DNA of 38,182 nt from Pseudanabaenaceae cyanobacterium (GTDB lineage: Bacteria; Cyanobacteriota; Cyanobacteriia; Pseudanabaenales; Pseudanabaenaceae): positions 1-38,182 of the forward strand of contig JBIKNH010000012.1 in NCBI GenBank assembly GCA_044358815.1. Reading direction: 5' to 3'. The notes under the pieces are model-generated. The model made no database searches. It was given only the letters and a program-made list of their open reading frames with translations, and was not told the DNA's origin. Both the position numbers and the translations under genes were made by a program. Each line of letters begins with the position of its first letter. The stretch's first letter is position 1. Positions 1-8,845 of this stretch are shown one piece after another.

Positions 1-117
1 CCAAAGACAGCAATAGCGGTGGCACAGTTGCTGAAGATTGGCGTAATGTTATGTTCTAGTTCCCAATTACGGAACTACTTCATTCATTGCTGCTATTGTC
101 CCAGCTAGTTCTGCAAA

Positions 118-309
118 GTGCTGTATCACCGTGGTATCAGCATCCATACAACACGGCGAGACTTCATTACACGGCTGTATAACAATGGAGTAGATATTAG
201 AACTTTGATAGCGACCACTGGTCATACTGACAGTAAATTTGCTTCTGGCATTTGCCTATGGAATTTGTCCCTCGAATTTACTCATTTGAGGTTTGTTTAC
301 CAGTGGTAA
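118..309 (+). pseudogene. C-terminal remnant of a tyrosine recombinase (phage-type integrase/XerC family); lacks upstream domains and the terminal catalytic Tyr region
   Basis: The translation HTTRRDFITRLYNNGVDIRTLIATTGHTD matches the tyrosine-recombinase box II pattern H-x-x-R-[HR]-x-F-[AI]-T-x-L-x-x-x-G-x-D-[IL]-R-x-[IL]-x-x-x-x-G-H. An in-frame stop at 106-108 leaves only about 63 codons. The sequence after GH diverges from the expected ...RYxH tail, so a frameshift or decay is likely. Confidence 0.5.
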
Positions 310-428
310 TTGGTTTAAGATCGATCTAATCTATCCCCTGTGAATCTATGTCTAGTGCGCTTCCCCATAGTCTGAGTTCCGTTAGTGCTAATTCCGTTAG
401 TGCTAATACAGAGCCATTGTCAGACCGT

Positions 429-1337
429 ATGGCGGTTGCAATCTTGGGACAAGGGGCTTGGGGAGCCGTTTTAGGGCAGCTAGTGAGCGGTAATGGTCAT
501 AGTTTGCAAAAATGGTCCCGCCATACTGACACAGATTTACGGACGGTCACCGCTAACTCTAGAGTGCTGATCTCTGCGGTGTCGATGCAGGGTGTACCAA
601 TGGTTGCTAAGCAGTTACAGAGTATTGGTTTGAATCCAGCAACGGTGATTGTTAGTGCCACGAAGGGTTTAGAGCCAACCACTGGCAGAACACCCTCGCA
701 AATTTGGCAGGACTGTTTCCCAGATAATCCTTTAGTGGTTTTGTCCGGACCAAATCTATCTAAAGAGATCGGGGCAGGCTTGCCAGCGGCGACGGTGGTG
801 GCGAGTCATGACGGTGCAGCCGCGAAATTAATCCAGAGTCTATTTGCCAGTAAAAATTTTCGTGTCTACACCAATAAAGATCCCATCGGTGTGGAGTTAG
901 GCGGCACGCTCAAAAATGTGATTGCCATTGCGGTGGGGGTCTGTGATGGTTTGAACTTAGGCACTAATGCTAAAGCGGCATTGATTACTCGGTCTGTTAC
1001 AGAGATTATTCGGGTGGGGATGTATTTCGGGGCACAGCCGGAAACTTTTTGGGGCTTATCAGGTTTGGGGGATTTACTCGCCACCTGTAGCAGTCCCCTA
1101 AGCCGTAATTATCAAGTAGGTTATGCTATGGCTCAAGGTAAATCTGTGGACGAAGCCCTAGCAGATATTGTTGGTACAGCAGAAGGGGTTAACACAGCCC
1201 AAGTTTTAAATAATTTAGCGGGACGCTATAGCATCAGTGTCCCAGTGTCTCGCTATGTGTATCGGCTACTACAGGGAGAGATCACGCCCCAAGAAGCGGT
1301 GGAGGGTTTGATGGAGCGGGATCTCAAAAGTGAGTAG
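429..1337 (+). CDS. gpsA: NAD(P)H-dependent glycerol-3-phosphate dehydrogenase
   Basis: N-terminal Rossmann motif MAVAILGQGAWG; the conserved GpsA core SGPNLSKEI and GVELGGTLKNVIAIAVGVCDGLNLGTNAKAALITR. The ORF is open from 348 (the extra 27 aa include a Ser/Val/Ala/Asn low-complexity duplication); the ATG at 429 aligns with canonical GpsA N-termini. Confidence 0.85.
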   Translation: MAVAILGQGAWGAVLGQLVSGNGHSLQKWSRHTDTDLRTVTANSRVLISAVSMQGVPMVAKQLQSIGLNPATVIVSATKGLEPTTGRTPSQIWQDCFPDNPLVVLSGPNLSKEIGAGLPAATVVASHDGAAAKLIQSLFASKNFRVYTNKDPIGVELGGTLKNVIAIAVGVCDGLNLGTNAKAALITRSVTEIIRVGMYFGAQPETFWGLSGLGDLLATCSSPLSRNYQVGYAMAQGKSVDEALADIVGTAEGVNTAQVLNNLAGRYSISVPVSRYVYRLLQGEITPQEAVEGLMERDLKSE

Positions 1338-1367
1338 AGGTGTGGGGGTGATCAGAGCCTAGAAAGC

Positions 1368-2231
1368 CTAGATCACATCGGCGAAGGTGCGTTCAGTTTT
1401 GCGGAAGTAATTTAAACCAGTCACAAACAATAAACCGACCACCATTAACGACAACGGAAAACCCACAGGATGTAAATTTACTTCGGTGTTCAGGATTGCC
1501 CAGCGGAAGCCGTCAATCACCCCTACCATTGGATTCAAGGAATAGAGCCAGCGCCATTGCTCCGGTACGATGCTACTACTAAAACCCACAGGGGAAATAT
1601 ACAAACCAAACTGCACAATAAACCCAATCACATAGGTAAAGTCCCGATATTTCACCGTTAGTGCCGACAGCCACAAACCACCACCCAGGGAGGCAATACA
1701 GGCAATTAGGGTAAATACAGGCAGAGCCAAAACTCGCCAAGTGGGGACATAGGCATACCAAGCCATTAGCCCCAATAAGATCATGATTGAAATCAAGAAA
1801 TCTACGAAACTGACGACAACGGCGCTAGTGGGTACGATCAAACGCGGAAAATAAACCTTAGAAATTAATCCGGCATTTCCCACTAGACTACCGCTAGCAG
1901 TGGTTAGGGAATTAGCGAACAGTTGCCAAGGCAGCATCCCCGCAAATACCAAAATGGGATAGGGCACACCGTCAGAGGGTAATTTCGCCAATCCACCAAA
2001 GATCACGGTAAATACCACCATCGTCAAGAAAGGACGTAATAACGCCCAAGCCATACCGATGGCGGTTTGTTTATACCGCACCAAAATATCCCGCCATGCC
2101 AGAAAGTAGAACAGTTCCCGATAGCGCCAGAGATCTTGCCAATACTGTCGCTCGGTTCTGCCAGCTTCAATGATGGTTTCTTGGATCGGTGGGGTATGGG
2201 TCTCCTGAGGGGAGGGATCACTTACAGTCAT
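1368..2231 (-). CDS. ABC-2 type (Wzm/KpsM/TagG-like) polysaccharide/O-antigen export permease
   Basis: Six predicted TM helices with typical ABC-2 permease sequence (WRDILVRYKQTAIGMAWALLRPFLTMVVFTVIFG ... ISKVYFPRLIVP). The ORF is open from 2366, but the ATG at 2231 (MTVSDPS...) fits family N-termini. No ATPase partner is adjacent. Confidence 0.75.
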   Translation of the reverse strand: MTVSDPSPQETHTPPIQETIIEAGRTERQYWQDLWRYRELFYFLAWRDILVRYKQTAIGMAWALLRPFLTMVVFTVIFGGLAKLPSDGVPYPILVFAGMLPWQLFANSLTTASGSLVGNAGLISKVYFPRLIVPTSAVVVSFVDFLISIMILLGLMAWYAYVPTWRVLALPVFTLIACIASLGGGLWLSALTVKYRDFTYVIGFIVQFGLYISPVGFSSSIVPEQWRWLYSLNPMVGVIDGFRWAILNTEVNLHPVGFPLSLMVVGLLFVTGLNYFRKTERTFADVI

Positions 2232-2626
2232 GGTGCGTTGCGGCTCCGATAGCTTGAGAATTTGATCATATTTGGGATGATTTAGGTTTGATTGTAAAGG
2301 GATTCCGATAACAACGGATAGAGCCAAACTATTGAATTGCCATTTGCCCGATTTGGTTAGCCCCAATTGTTTAGTCCCATTTGTTTAAGTGGCTTCATGC
2401 AACTGAATTTATGCAACTGATTTGTTTAACTCGATTGAGTTGGATCTGGGTTTCATCTGCAAAGTTGCATGAACAAATTGCATACACAACTTACATAAAC
2501 GGGTTCCATGTAGTCGCATCAAGGTGTCAAAGAATAATTTGGCAATAACTGCCTCACAATAACTGACTAAGAATCCGCTAAAATTACCTTGATCAACATA
2601 CAAGTTACATACAAGAGATTAATTGT

Positions 2627-3079
2627 GTGGCACATACCTTTTTGATGCAGCCCGGCAAATGGACTCTTGAGGGGAATTGGTTAGAACGTGATGCGCGACC
2701 AATTGCCATTAAAGGGCGCACCCTTGTGGCATGGTCAAAAGATAACTTTTGGTTCACAATGGTGTCTAAAATTGGCTTTAGCAGCGATAATCGCGATGAA
2801 CTAACCCTTGCTTACAAAGGCAGAATTGACCCCGATGAGCGCCACTTTACCTTTGTTTTAGACCATAGTGAACTAGGTAGGGTCGAAGGTGAAGGCTTAA
2901 TTTCCCCTGATGCCATTGTGCAGCGCTATTGGGTGCTGGGGGACAAAAGAATGCGCACTGGATTTCAGACTTTTTATCGCGCTGATGAAAACCACTATCA
3001 CTTGTCTGGCGGTCTCACTGCTGGACAGAATCTGGAAAATATGATCGATGCAGTCCTGATTCGTCATCCGGACTCCTAA
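2627..3079 (+). CDS. hypothetical protein (about 145-150 aa, soluble)
   Basis: Clean ORF with coding-like composition, divergent from the permease gene. Start is GTG at 2627 or ATG at 2645 (MQPGKW...). No motif recognised. Confidence 0.5.
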   Translation: MAHTFLMQPGKWTLEGNWLERDARPIAIKGRTLVAWSKDNFWFTMVSKIGFSSDNRDELTLAYKGRIDPDERHFTFVLDHSELGRVEGEGLISPDAIVQRYWVLGDKRMRTGFQTFYRADENHYHLSGGLTAGQNLENMIDAVLIRHPDS

Positions 3080-3340
3080 GGTTAACCTAGGTTGTGGTGT
3101 TCTGGAGCCAGCCCCACAGCCTCATATCCCACAAATAAACACAAATAAATATCTATTTTCAGTCATATCTGTTGCAGTTCGTATCAAAATCAACTGTCCA
3201 TGATCCCCCCCGTTGGCTAAGATCTGCGGCGGTTTGTTAAAGATCCGCCATTGAGGAGCACTTAAACCGTCACTGGATTTCTATTTCATCAATTCCCATT
3301 CCATCCACCAGATTGCAAGACTACAAGGACATTTAGACCC

Positions 3341-4213
3341 ATGATTACTGATCTTGATCGCGTGCAAATCCTTAGTGAAGCCCTACCGTACATGCAACAG
3401 TTTGCTGGACGTACCGTAGTGGTGAAGTATGGCGGTGCAGCCATGAAGGAAGAGCATCTCCGTCAAGATGTGATTCGCGATATTGTTACGATGTCGTTTA
3501 TGGGTTTGCGTCCAGTGGTGGTCCACGGTGGCGGTCCAGAAATCAACTCTTGGCTCGCTAAATTGAACATTGAGCCGCAGTTCATCAATGGTTTGCGGGT
3601 CACTGACGCTGCCACGATGGAAGTGGTGGAAATGGTCCTAGTAGGGCGGGTCAATAAACAAATTGTGGAAATGATCAACCTCGCTGGCGGTTCGGCGGTG
3701 GGGCTATGCGGTAAAGACGGTAACCTAGTCCGCGCTCGTTCCCAAGGTAATGATGCCATTGGTTTTGTGGGGGAAGTCAGCAGTATTAACATTAAATTGC
3801 TGACCACTTTACTCAATGCGGGGCATATTCCGGTGGTGTCCAGTGTGGCAACGGATGAGACGGGACAGGCTTACAATATCAACGCTGACACAGTGGCGGG
3901 GGAATTAGCTGCTGCCCTCGGTGCTGAAAAAATGATTTTACTCACTGACATTGCAGGAATTTTGCGGGACTACAAAGACGTTTCGACGCTGATCCGCAGT
4001 TTGACGATCTCCCAAGCCAGAGAATTAATCGAACAGGGCATTGTCAGCGGGGGGATGATTCCTAAAGTGCAGTGCTGTGTGCGATCCTTGGCTCAGGGGG
4101 TCAAAGCTGCCCATATTATTGATGGGCGGGTTTCCCATTCATTGCTGTTAGAAATTTTCACTAATGCTGGGGTGGGATCGATGATTGTTGGCTCTGAGTC
4201 AGCATTGCTTTAA
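3341..4213 (+). CDS. argB: acetylglutamate kinase
   Basis: Amino-acid kinase family hallmarks: VVKYGGAAM near the N-terminus, [11 protein letters not shown], and a C-terminal GGMIPKV-type motif. The length (290 aa) is typical. Confidence 0.9.
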   Translation: MITDLDRVQILSEALPYMQQFAGRTVVVKYGGAAMKEEHLRQDVIRDIVTMSFMGLRPVVVHGGGPEINSWLAKLNIEPQFINGLRVTDAATMEVVEMVLVGRVNKQIVEMINLAGGSAVGLCGKDGNLVRARSQGNDAIGFVGEVSSINIKLLTTLLNAGHIPVVSSVATDETGQAYNINADTVAGELAAALGAEKMILLTDIAGILRDYKDVSTLIRSLTISQARELIEQGIVSGGMIPKVQCCVRSLAQGVKAAHIIDGRVSHSLLLEIFTNAGVGSMIVGSESALL

Positions 4214-4291
4214 CTGACTGTTGGATCATGGTTGAATGATGGCGGCTGGTGGCGGCAATGGTTCCAAATATCAACCTAGGTAACTACACTG

Positions 4292-5017
4292 ATGGCTAAT
4301 GATCAACTAGCCCCCACTGATGCGCCCCAGTCCACCGTTGCTGAGGATGTGACCCTGAAGGATACCGGATCTGCCAGTGACGCGGCTGGTGTGGCTCCTG
4401 AAGTCCCTGAACCAAACCCTAAGCCAAATAATTCTGAGTCTGATAAACCTAAGGAGTCGGACAAGGGGGCAGAATCTGGAAGTAAACACCCTGCTAAGGA
4501 AATTCGTGGGTTGAGCCTAGGCTTATCACGATTAGTCCCATCATTTGAGCTACCCAAATTACCAAAGTTACCCAATTTACCCAAGTTAAAACTTAAACTG
4601 CCCTCATGGCGTGCCAGCCTCGTGCCGCTTTTGCTGCTGTTTATGGCGGTGGGCTATGTGGTGGTGAGTCGGCAATTTATTCTCCTGATTTACAAAAAAC
4701 GTACTTTAGCCATGAGTGGGATCACTATTTCCTTGGTCCTGCCCCTGGCTAATGCCTGCGCTGAATATAGCTTGATGCGTTGGGGCTATCTGATCAGCGG
4801 TGTGTTGATCATTGGGGGTTTGATTGTGATTACCAAAAGCCCCACCGACTGGATTTTGATCGCTTTGGTGACTTGGTTTGGGCTATTGGGTATGGTCATC
4901 AGTGGCGAAATTCTCACCAGTCAAAAGATCAAAATTTGGTTGGTGGTGATGTTACAAACTTTGATTGCCCTGGCTGCTACGGGGTTAGGGTGGTTTCTGG
5001 TGTGGCTGATGAGTTGA
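4292..5017 (+). CDS. hypothetical membrane protein with an acidic/Pro-rich N-terminal region and an imperfect P-K-L-P repeat tract
   Basis: ORF of 241 aa. The N-terminal ~110 aa are low complexity (PEVPEPNPKPNNSESDKPKESDK; PKLPKLPNLPKLKLKLP), followed by 4-5 hydrophobic helices. Its 3' end overlaps the convergent rbgA by about 40 nt. Confidence 0.5.
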   Translation: MANDQLAPTDAPQSTVAEDVTLKDTGSASDAAGVAPEVPEPNPKPNNSESDKPKESDKGAESGSKHPAKEIRGLSLGLSRLVPSFELPKLPKLPNLPKLKLKLPSWRASLVPLLLLFMAVGYVVVSRQFILLIYKKRTLAMSGITISLVLPLANACAEYSLMRWGYLISGVLIIGGLIVITKSPTDWILIALVTWFGLLGMVISGEILTSQKIKIWLVVMLQTLIALAATGLGWFLVWLMS

Positions 5018-5879
5018 CGGGGGGGATTTCCACTGAAATCTGGCTTGGTGGTGCTTCTAAGGCAATGGCTCCCAGTCGTCCTTTACGAAAATCATGCAAA
5101 ATCTGTCGCGCTGCCTTTTCTTGATCCCCTTGGTAAGTCTTGGTTTGGGCTAGTTGATGAATGTAATCAATACCGGTGGGCGCTAGGCTGACATCCAGGT
5201 GATAGCGGTCTTGATAATTAATGCCTTTTTCGTTGAATAGATCTAACATCGCCGCTGCAATTAGGACCGAATCATAGGAAGCCTGACCAATATCGTCACA
5301 AATGGCTAATCGTAAAGCGGCTTCTTGGTCATTGAGTAGGGGCGGGATTACCCCAGGGGTGTCTAGCAGTTCAATTTTTTCGGAGATGCGGACCCAGCGC
5401 AATTGACGGGTCACTCCGGGACGGTTGGCACTGGCGACGACTCGTTTATTCAGCAACCGATTAATCAAGGCTGATTTGCCAACATTCGGAAAACCAATCA
5501 CCACCGCTCGCACCGGACGCGGCAACATCCCCCGACCTTTCCGCCGTTGATTAATGTGTTCCCCAGCGATTTGGGTTGCTTTCATCACTTCATTAATGCC
5601 TTTGCCGGATTGGGCATCGGTAAAATAAGCCGCTTGATCATTGGCTTGGAACCAGTTTTGCCACCGCGCCCGCCATGATTCGGGGATCATATCCACCCGA
5701 TTACAGATCACCAGATGGGCTTTGCCATTAGTCCAGGTGGGCATTTTGGGGTGTTGACTAGAAGCAATGATGCGGGCATCTCTGACCTCTAACACCACAT
5801 CAACTAGTTTCAGTTGCTCAAGCAGTTGTTTTTCTGCCTTAGCAATGTGACCCGGATACCACTGAATTAAGGGAGCCAT
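4977..5879 (-). CDS. rbgA: ribosome biogenesis GTPase A (YlqF/RbgA family, circularly permuted GTPase)
   Basis: WYPGHIAKA at the N-terminus is the YlqF signature. Circularly permuted G motifs: NRVD (G4) precedes GFPNVGKS (G1) and DTPG (G3). Confidence 0.85.
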   Translation of the reverse strand: MAPLIQWYPGHIAKAEKQLLEQLKLVDVVLEVRDARIIASSQHPKMPTWTNGKAHLVICNRVDMIPESWRARWQNWFQANDQAAYFTDAQSGKGINEVMKATQIAGEHINQRRKGRGMLPRPVRAVVIGFPNVGKSALINRLLNKRVVASANRPGVTRQLRWVRISEKIELLDTPGVIPPLLNDQEAALRLAICDDIGQASYDSVLIAAAMLDLFNEKGINYQDRYHLDVSLAPTGIDYIHQLAQTKTYQGDQEKAARQILHDFRKGRLGAIALEAPPSQISVEIPPVNSSATPETTLTP

Positions 5880-6372
5880 AGGAAAAGAGCCTTAGTTGAA
5901 GAGCCGTAGTTTTTGGTGAAGAGGCAGGGGGATAGCGAGGCTGAGATTAACCCGAATTATCGTCAATACCAGCAAAGTTAGTATATACTCTTATTGTGTT
6001 ATTAAGAAATATTAAGAAAACCAATTTATCATCGATTGCTGTCAATGGCTAAAGATTCCTGAAAAATTGAATTCAGTAATCAGAGAAAGTAACTTCTCTA
6101 AAGCCTTGATCTTCCTACCTAAATAAACTTTAGTCCTGTATTTTATTCATCAACTTTTAGCTTATTTCTAACAAACTTTGACAAACCTCAGTAAACCTTC
6201 CCGAATATCTAATACTGCATCTCATTCGTCTGCTTAATTGACAAATTGCGAACTAATCAAACTATTAACTACACCAATGATTAAGCTCATAATTAATTAG
6301 CGATATTAGGTAGTACTCCATCAGGTAAAACTGTTTAAATTAATTCTCAAATAATTCTCAAAAATTTGTAAA

Positions 6373-7263
6373 ATGACTATAAAAAATTCCATGCACCAAA
6401 ACAATTTTCAAAATCTCTTAGATTGGCTGAATCGGCAGATATTGCTCTCTTGGCAGCGTTTCCATGAGCAATGTACCAGGCTGATCATAGCCGTTGTTTT
6501 GGTTGCCTTAATTGGTTTGAGTCCTAGTTTGACCGCTCCTGCCTATGCCTACGATGCTCCTGAACTGCTACCCCCAGAATATTCCAATGTGATTGATTTG
6601 GGGCGTTTTTTGGCAGATGGTCAAGAGGCAGAATTAGACAAGCAATTGCAAGAGTTTGAAACTCGTACTGGTTGGAAATTACGGGTTCTAACCCAAGTGG
6701 ATCGCACCCCTGGACGAGCAGTAAAAGATTTTTGGGGTCTCAATGATCGCAGCATTATGTTAGTGGCAGATTCTCGCGGTAGGAATCTCCTAAATTTTAG
6801 TGTGGGTGATGAGGTTTATAACTTGTTGCCGCGCACTTTTTGGATTGAATTACAGTCTCGTTATGGCAATCAGTTTTATGTGCGAGATCAGGGACATGAT
6901 CAATCAATTTTAGCGGCTATCGATGCCATTGAAACTTGTTTAGAACAGGATGGTTGTCGAGTGGTGCCAGGGCTACCCCAAGAGCAATGGATTTTAACTT
7001 TGCTGACTTCATTGGTGGGCGGGTTTGTGTTTGGTTTTGCGGGACATCCTCGTAAAGAAGGGGAGATTTTTGCTTGGAAATGGGCTTTGGTATTTACACC
7101 GCTGTGGGGCATGTTGTTTATTTCCTTTGGTATTGGTCCGGTGATTAGTCGGACTGCGGAATGGTTGCCCATCGTGCGCAATGTTGCCGGATTTATTGGC
7201 GGTGCAGTGATTGCCTATCTGATTCCTTCCCCTAGTCGTCCCGAAACTTCTAAAGAATCTTAA
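6373..7263 (+). CDS. TPM-domain protein (TLP18.3/Psb32-like, photosystem II repair-associated family)
   Basis: N-terminal TM/signal region, then a TPM-domain-like segment (GRFLADGQEAELDKQLQEFETRTGWKLRVLTQ ... IMLVADSRGRNLLNF) and a C-terminal TM segment. This architecture is typical of cyanobacterial Psb32 homologues. Confidence 0.6.
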   Translation: MTIKNSMHQNNFQNLLDWLNRQILLSWQRFHEQCTRLIIAVVLVALIGLSPSLTAPAYAYDAPELLPPEYSNVIDLGRFLADGQEAELDKQLQEFETRTGWKLRVLTQVDRTPGRAVKDFWGLNDRSIMLVADSRGRNLLNFSVGDEVYNLLPRTFWIELQSRYGNQFYVRDQGHDQSILAAIDAIETCLEQDGCRVVPGLPQEQWILTLLTSLVGGFVFGFAGHPRKEGEIFAWKWALVFTPLWGMLFISFGIGPVISRTAEWLPIVRNVAGFIGGAVIAYLIPSPSRPETSKES

Positions 7264-7686
7264 ATTGAATTAAATTGAATTTGTGCTGTGGGTGCTGCGG
7301 TTTATCAAGCAGTCTCAGAAATAGAACCATAAAATTAGATATTGTATATATTGGTTCAAGACAGGTAAGGGAAGTAATTCTCTTGCCTATTTTTTTATAT
7401 TGATTGGGATTGATTAGGACTAATTTGGAATTGATTTTAATAGAAGTCTTACGGAAGATTTTAGAGACTGATCTCTAGACTTTCGACTGTTCTCACTTCG
7501 TAGTGATTTGCCATAGGTTTTGTTGCGAATTGCATAAAGGCATAAATCAGAAGGTGGTGCTAAATAGGACAGGGTGCTGAGTTCTTCCCGTAGCACTGTC
7601 TAGCCTTACTTCATCCTTTCCATCTTAGGACTACCCATTTTAGGACTACCAAATCGTGAACCTAATGAAGCTGAATTAGCGATATT

Positions 7687-8274
7687 TTAAGAATCGCGTG
7701 GTTTATCTGGGATGTTTATGCCATAGAGAAACATATGCAGAATTTCCAGAGGTGACATGGGTGGGCTATGGATCATAATATCGTCATTGCTGGGATGAAG
7801 ATGAAAGCGTATATCTCGCTGATCGTTGTTATGATCTGGCAGATTGAGATCGATTCTTAGAAAAGGAACTTTAGTTTCTCCTTCTCTTTGCGGGAACCTT
7901 ATTTCAAAGTCAAATCCTATAATTTGAGCAGGTTTACAAGTTTCATCTATAGTAATCGCAAAATCAAACCAGCAGCCATTATTTAGTTTGAAATGTGGGA
8001 CATGAAACTCTCGCTTTTGGTTTTTATCTCCACCCATAATTTCAGAATAGCCTTTTTGGGGAATTACAGATGATGGGCGTAACTTTAGCAGCTTGTTAAT
8101 TTGATCTAACCTATTAAGTACAATTCTTTCATCACTAGCCAATGTTAGACATTTCAGGATTTCTGCTCGTAAAATCTTGGCATTTTTTACGTTCAGTGAC
8201 GTATTGCTTAATGACCGCTCTTGAACATCAGCGCAAATTTTTTGCCAACTATTTTTGTCGCTCAAGCAAGTCAC
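7687..8274 (-). CDS. hypothetical protein (195 aa), third gene of the AT-rich operon
   Basis: Overlaps the preceding gene by 26 nt. Contains His/Asp-rich segments (FHVPHF, RIDLNLPDHNNDQRDIRFHLHPSNDD) that could coordinate metal. No recognised family. Low GC. Confidence 0.5.
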   Translation of the reverse strand: MTCLSDKNSWQKICADVQERSLSNTSLNVKNAKILRAEILKCLTLASDERIVLNRLDQINKLLKLRPSSVIPQKGYSEIMGGDKNQKREFHVPHFKLNNGCWFDFAITIDETCKPAQIIGFDFEIRFPQREGETKVPFLRIDLNLPDHNNDQRDIRFHLHPSNDDIMIHSPPMSPLEILHMFLYGINIPDKPRDS

Positions 8275-8845
8275 CTCGATTAAGTAAAATTAGCCATTCC
8301 CCATATTCTGGATCGGTTGGTAGTTGACGATTCTCAGCTAAAGCAATTACTTCGTCATTAGTTTTACCTGTCCATTCTTGTAGTGCAGCTAGGCGGCGAT
8401 CGCATTCTTCATCACTCAGTATTTCAGCATCTTTTTGTAAATAATATATTCTTGCACCCAACCAACTCAGAAAATTAGGAGCATTATGTATCATTAAATC
8501 ATTAGCTTGCTCAGAAATGACAAGTAATCCTCCTTTATTACCTTTATCTAATCGACTTCTCAAAGCATCAAATATTTTCCATTGGTTACTATCCCAATCA
8601 TCTAATTTCCATAGTAAAAAATATTCTTCTGATGCTTTACTAATTTGATTAATTAAATCTCTTGCTCCAGATTCACCAGAGATAGTAACTGTGATACATT
8701 CACTAAAAATTTCAATAGTATCTTGTAAGTCTGTAACTATCGATTCTATGTCACTAATATCAACAACAAGAACCATCCAGATATTTGCGTCTGGACGCGC
8801 TCTAATTCTTTGCAATAATTCATCTACAGAAAATAACTTAATCAT
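8249..8845 (-). CDS. hypothetical protein (198 aa), second gene of the AT-rich operon; possible small alpha/beta domain with acidic clusters (VVDISDIES, KLDDWD)
   Basis: Its start overlaps the upstream NTPase gene by 8 nt (ATG within 8838-8845), suggesting translational coupling. There are no TM segments and no recognised family. Low GC. Confidence 0.55.
   Translation of the reverse strand: MIKLFSVDELLQRIRARPDANIWMVLVVDISDIESIVTDLQDTIEIFSECITVTISGESGARDLINQISKASEEYFLLWKLDDWDSNQWKIFDALRSRLDKGNKGGLLVISEQANDLMIHNAPNFLSWLGARIYYLQKDAEILSDEECDRRLAALQEWTGKTNDEVIALAENRQLPTDPEYGEWLILLNRGDLLERQK

Noticed and set aside
1338-1367. Possible terminator hairpin between gpsA and the ABC-2 permease gene (gtgatc...gatcac)
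   Set aside because: It is only a 6-bp stem with a 16-17-nt interior and no U-tract, which is too weak to call.
4780-5124. 114-aa plus-strand ORF overlapping the end of the 4292-5017 gene and the rbgA 3' end
   Set aside because: It is an alternative frame of two better-supported genes. The translation is Gly/Cys/Trp-rich nonsense and there is no independent start context.
8396-8403. HIP1 (GCGATCGC) octamer as an indicator of repeat-rich cyanobacterial background
   Set aside because: It is a single occurrence in 38 kb, far too sparse to be a HIP1-rich genome, and it is not informative by itself.
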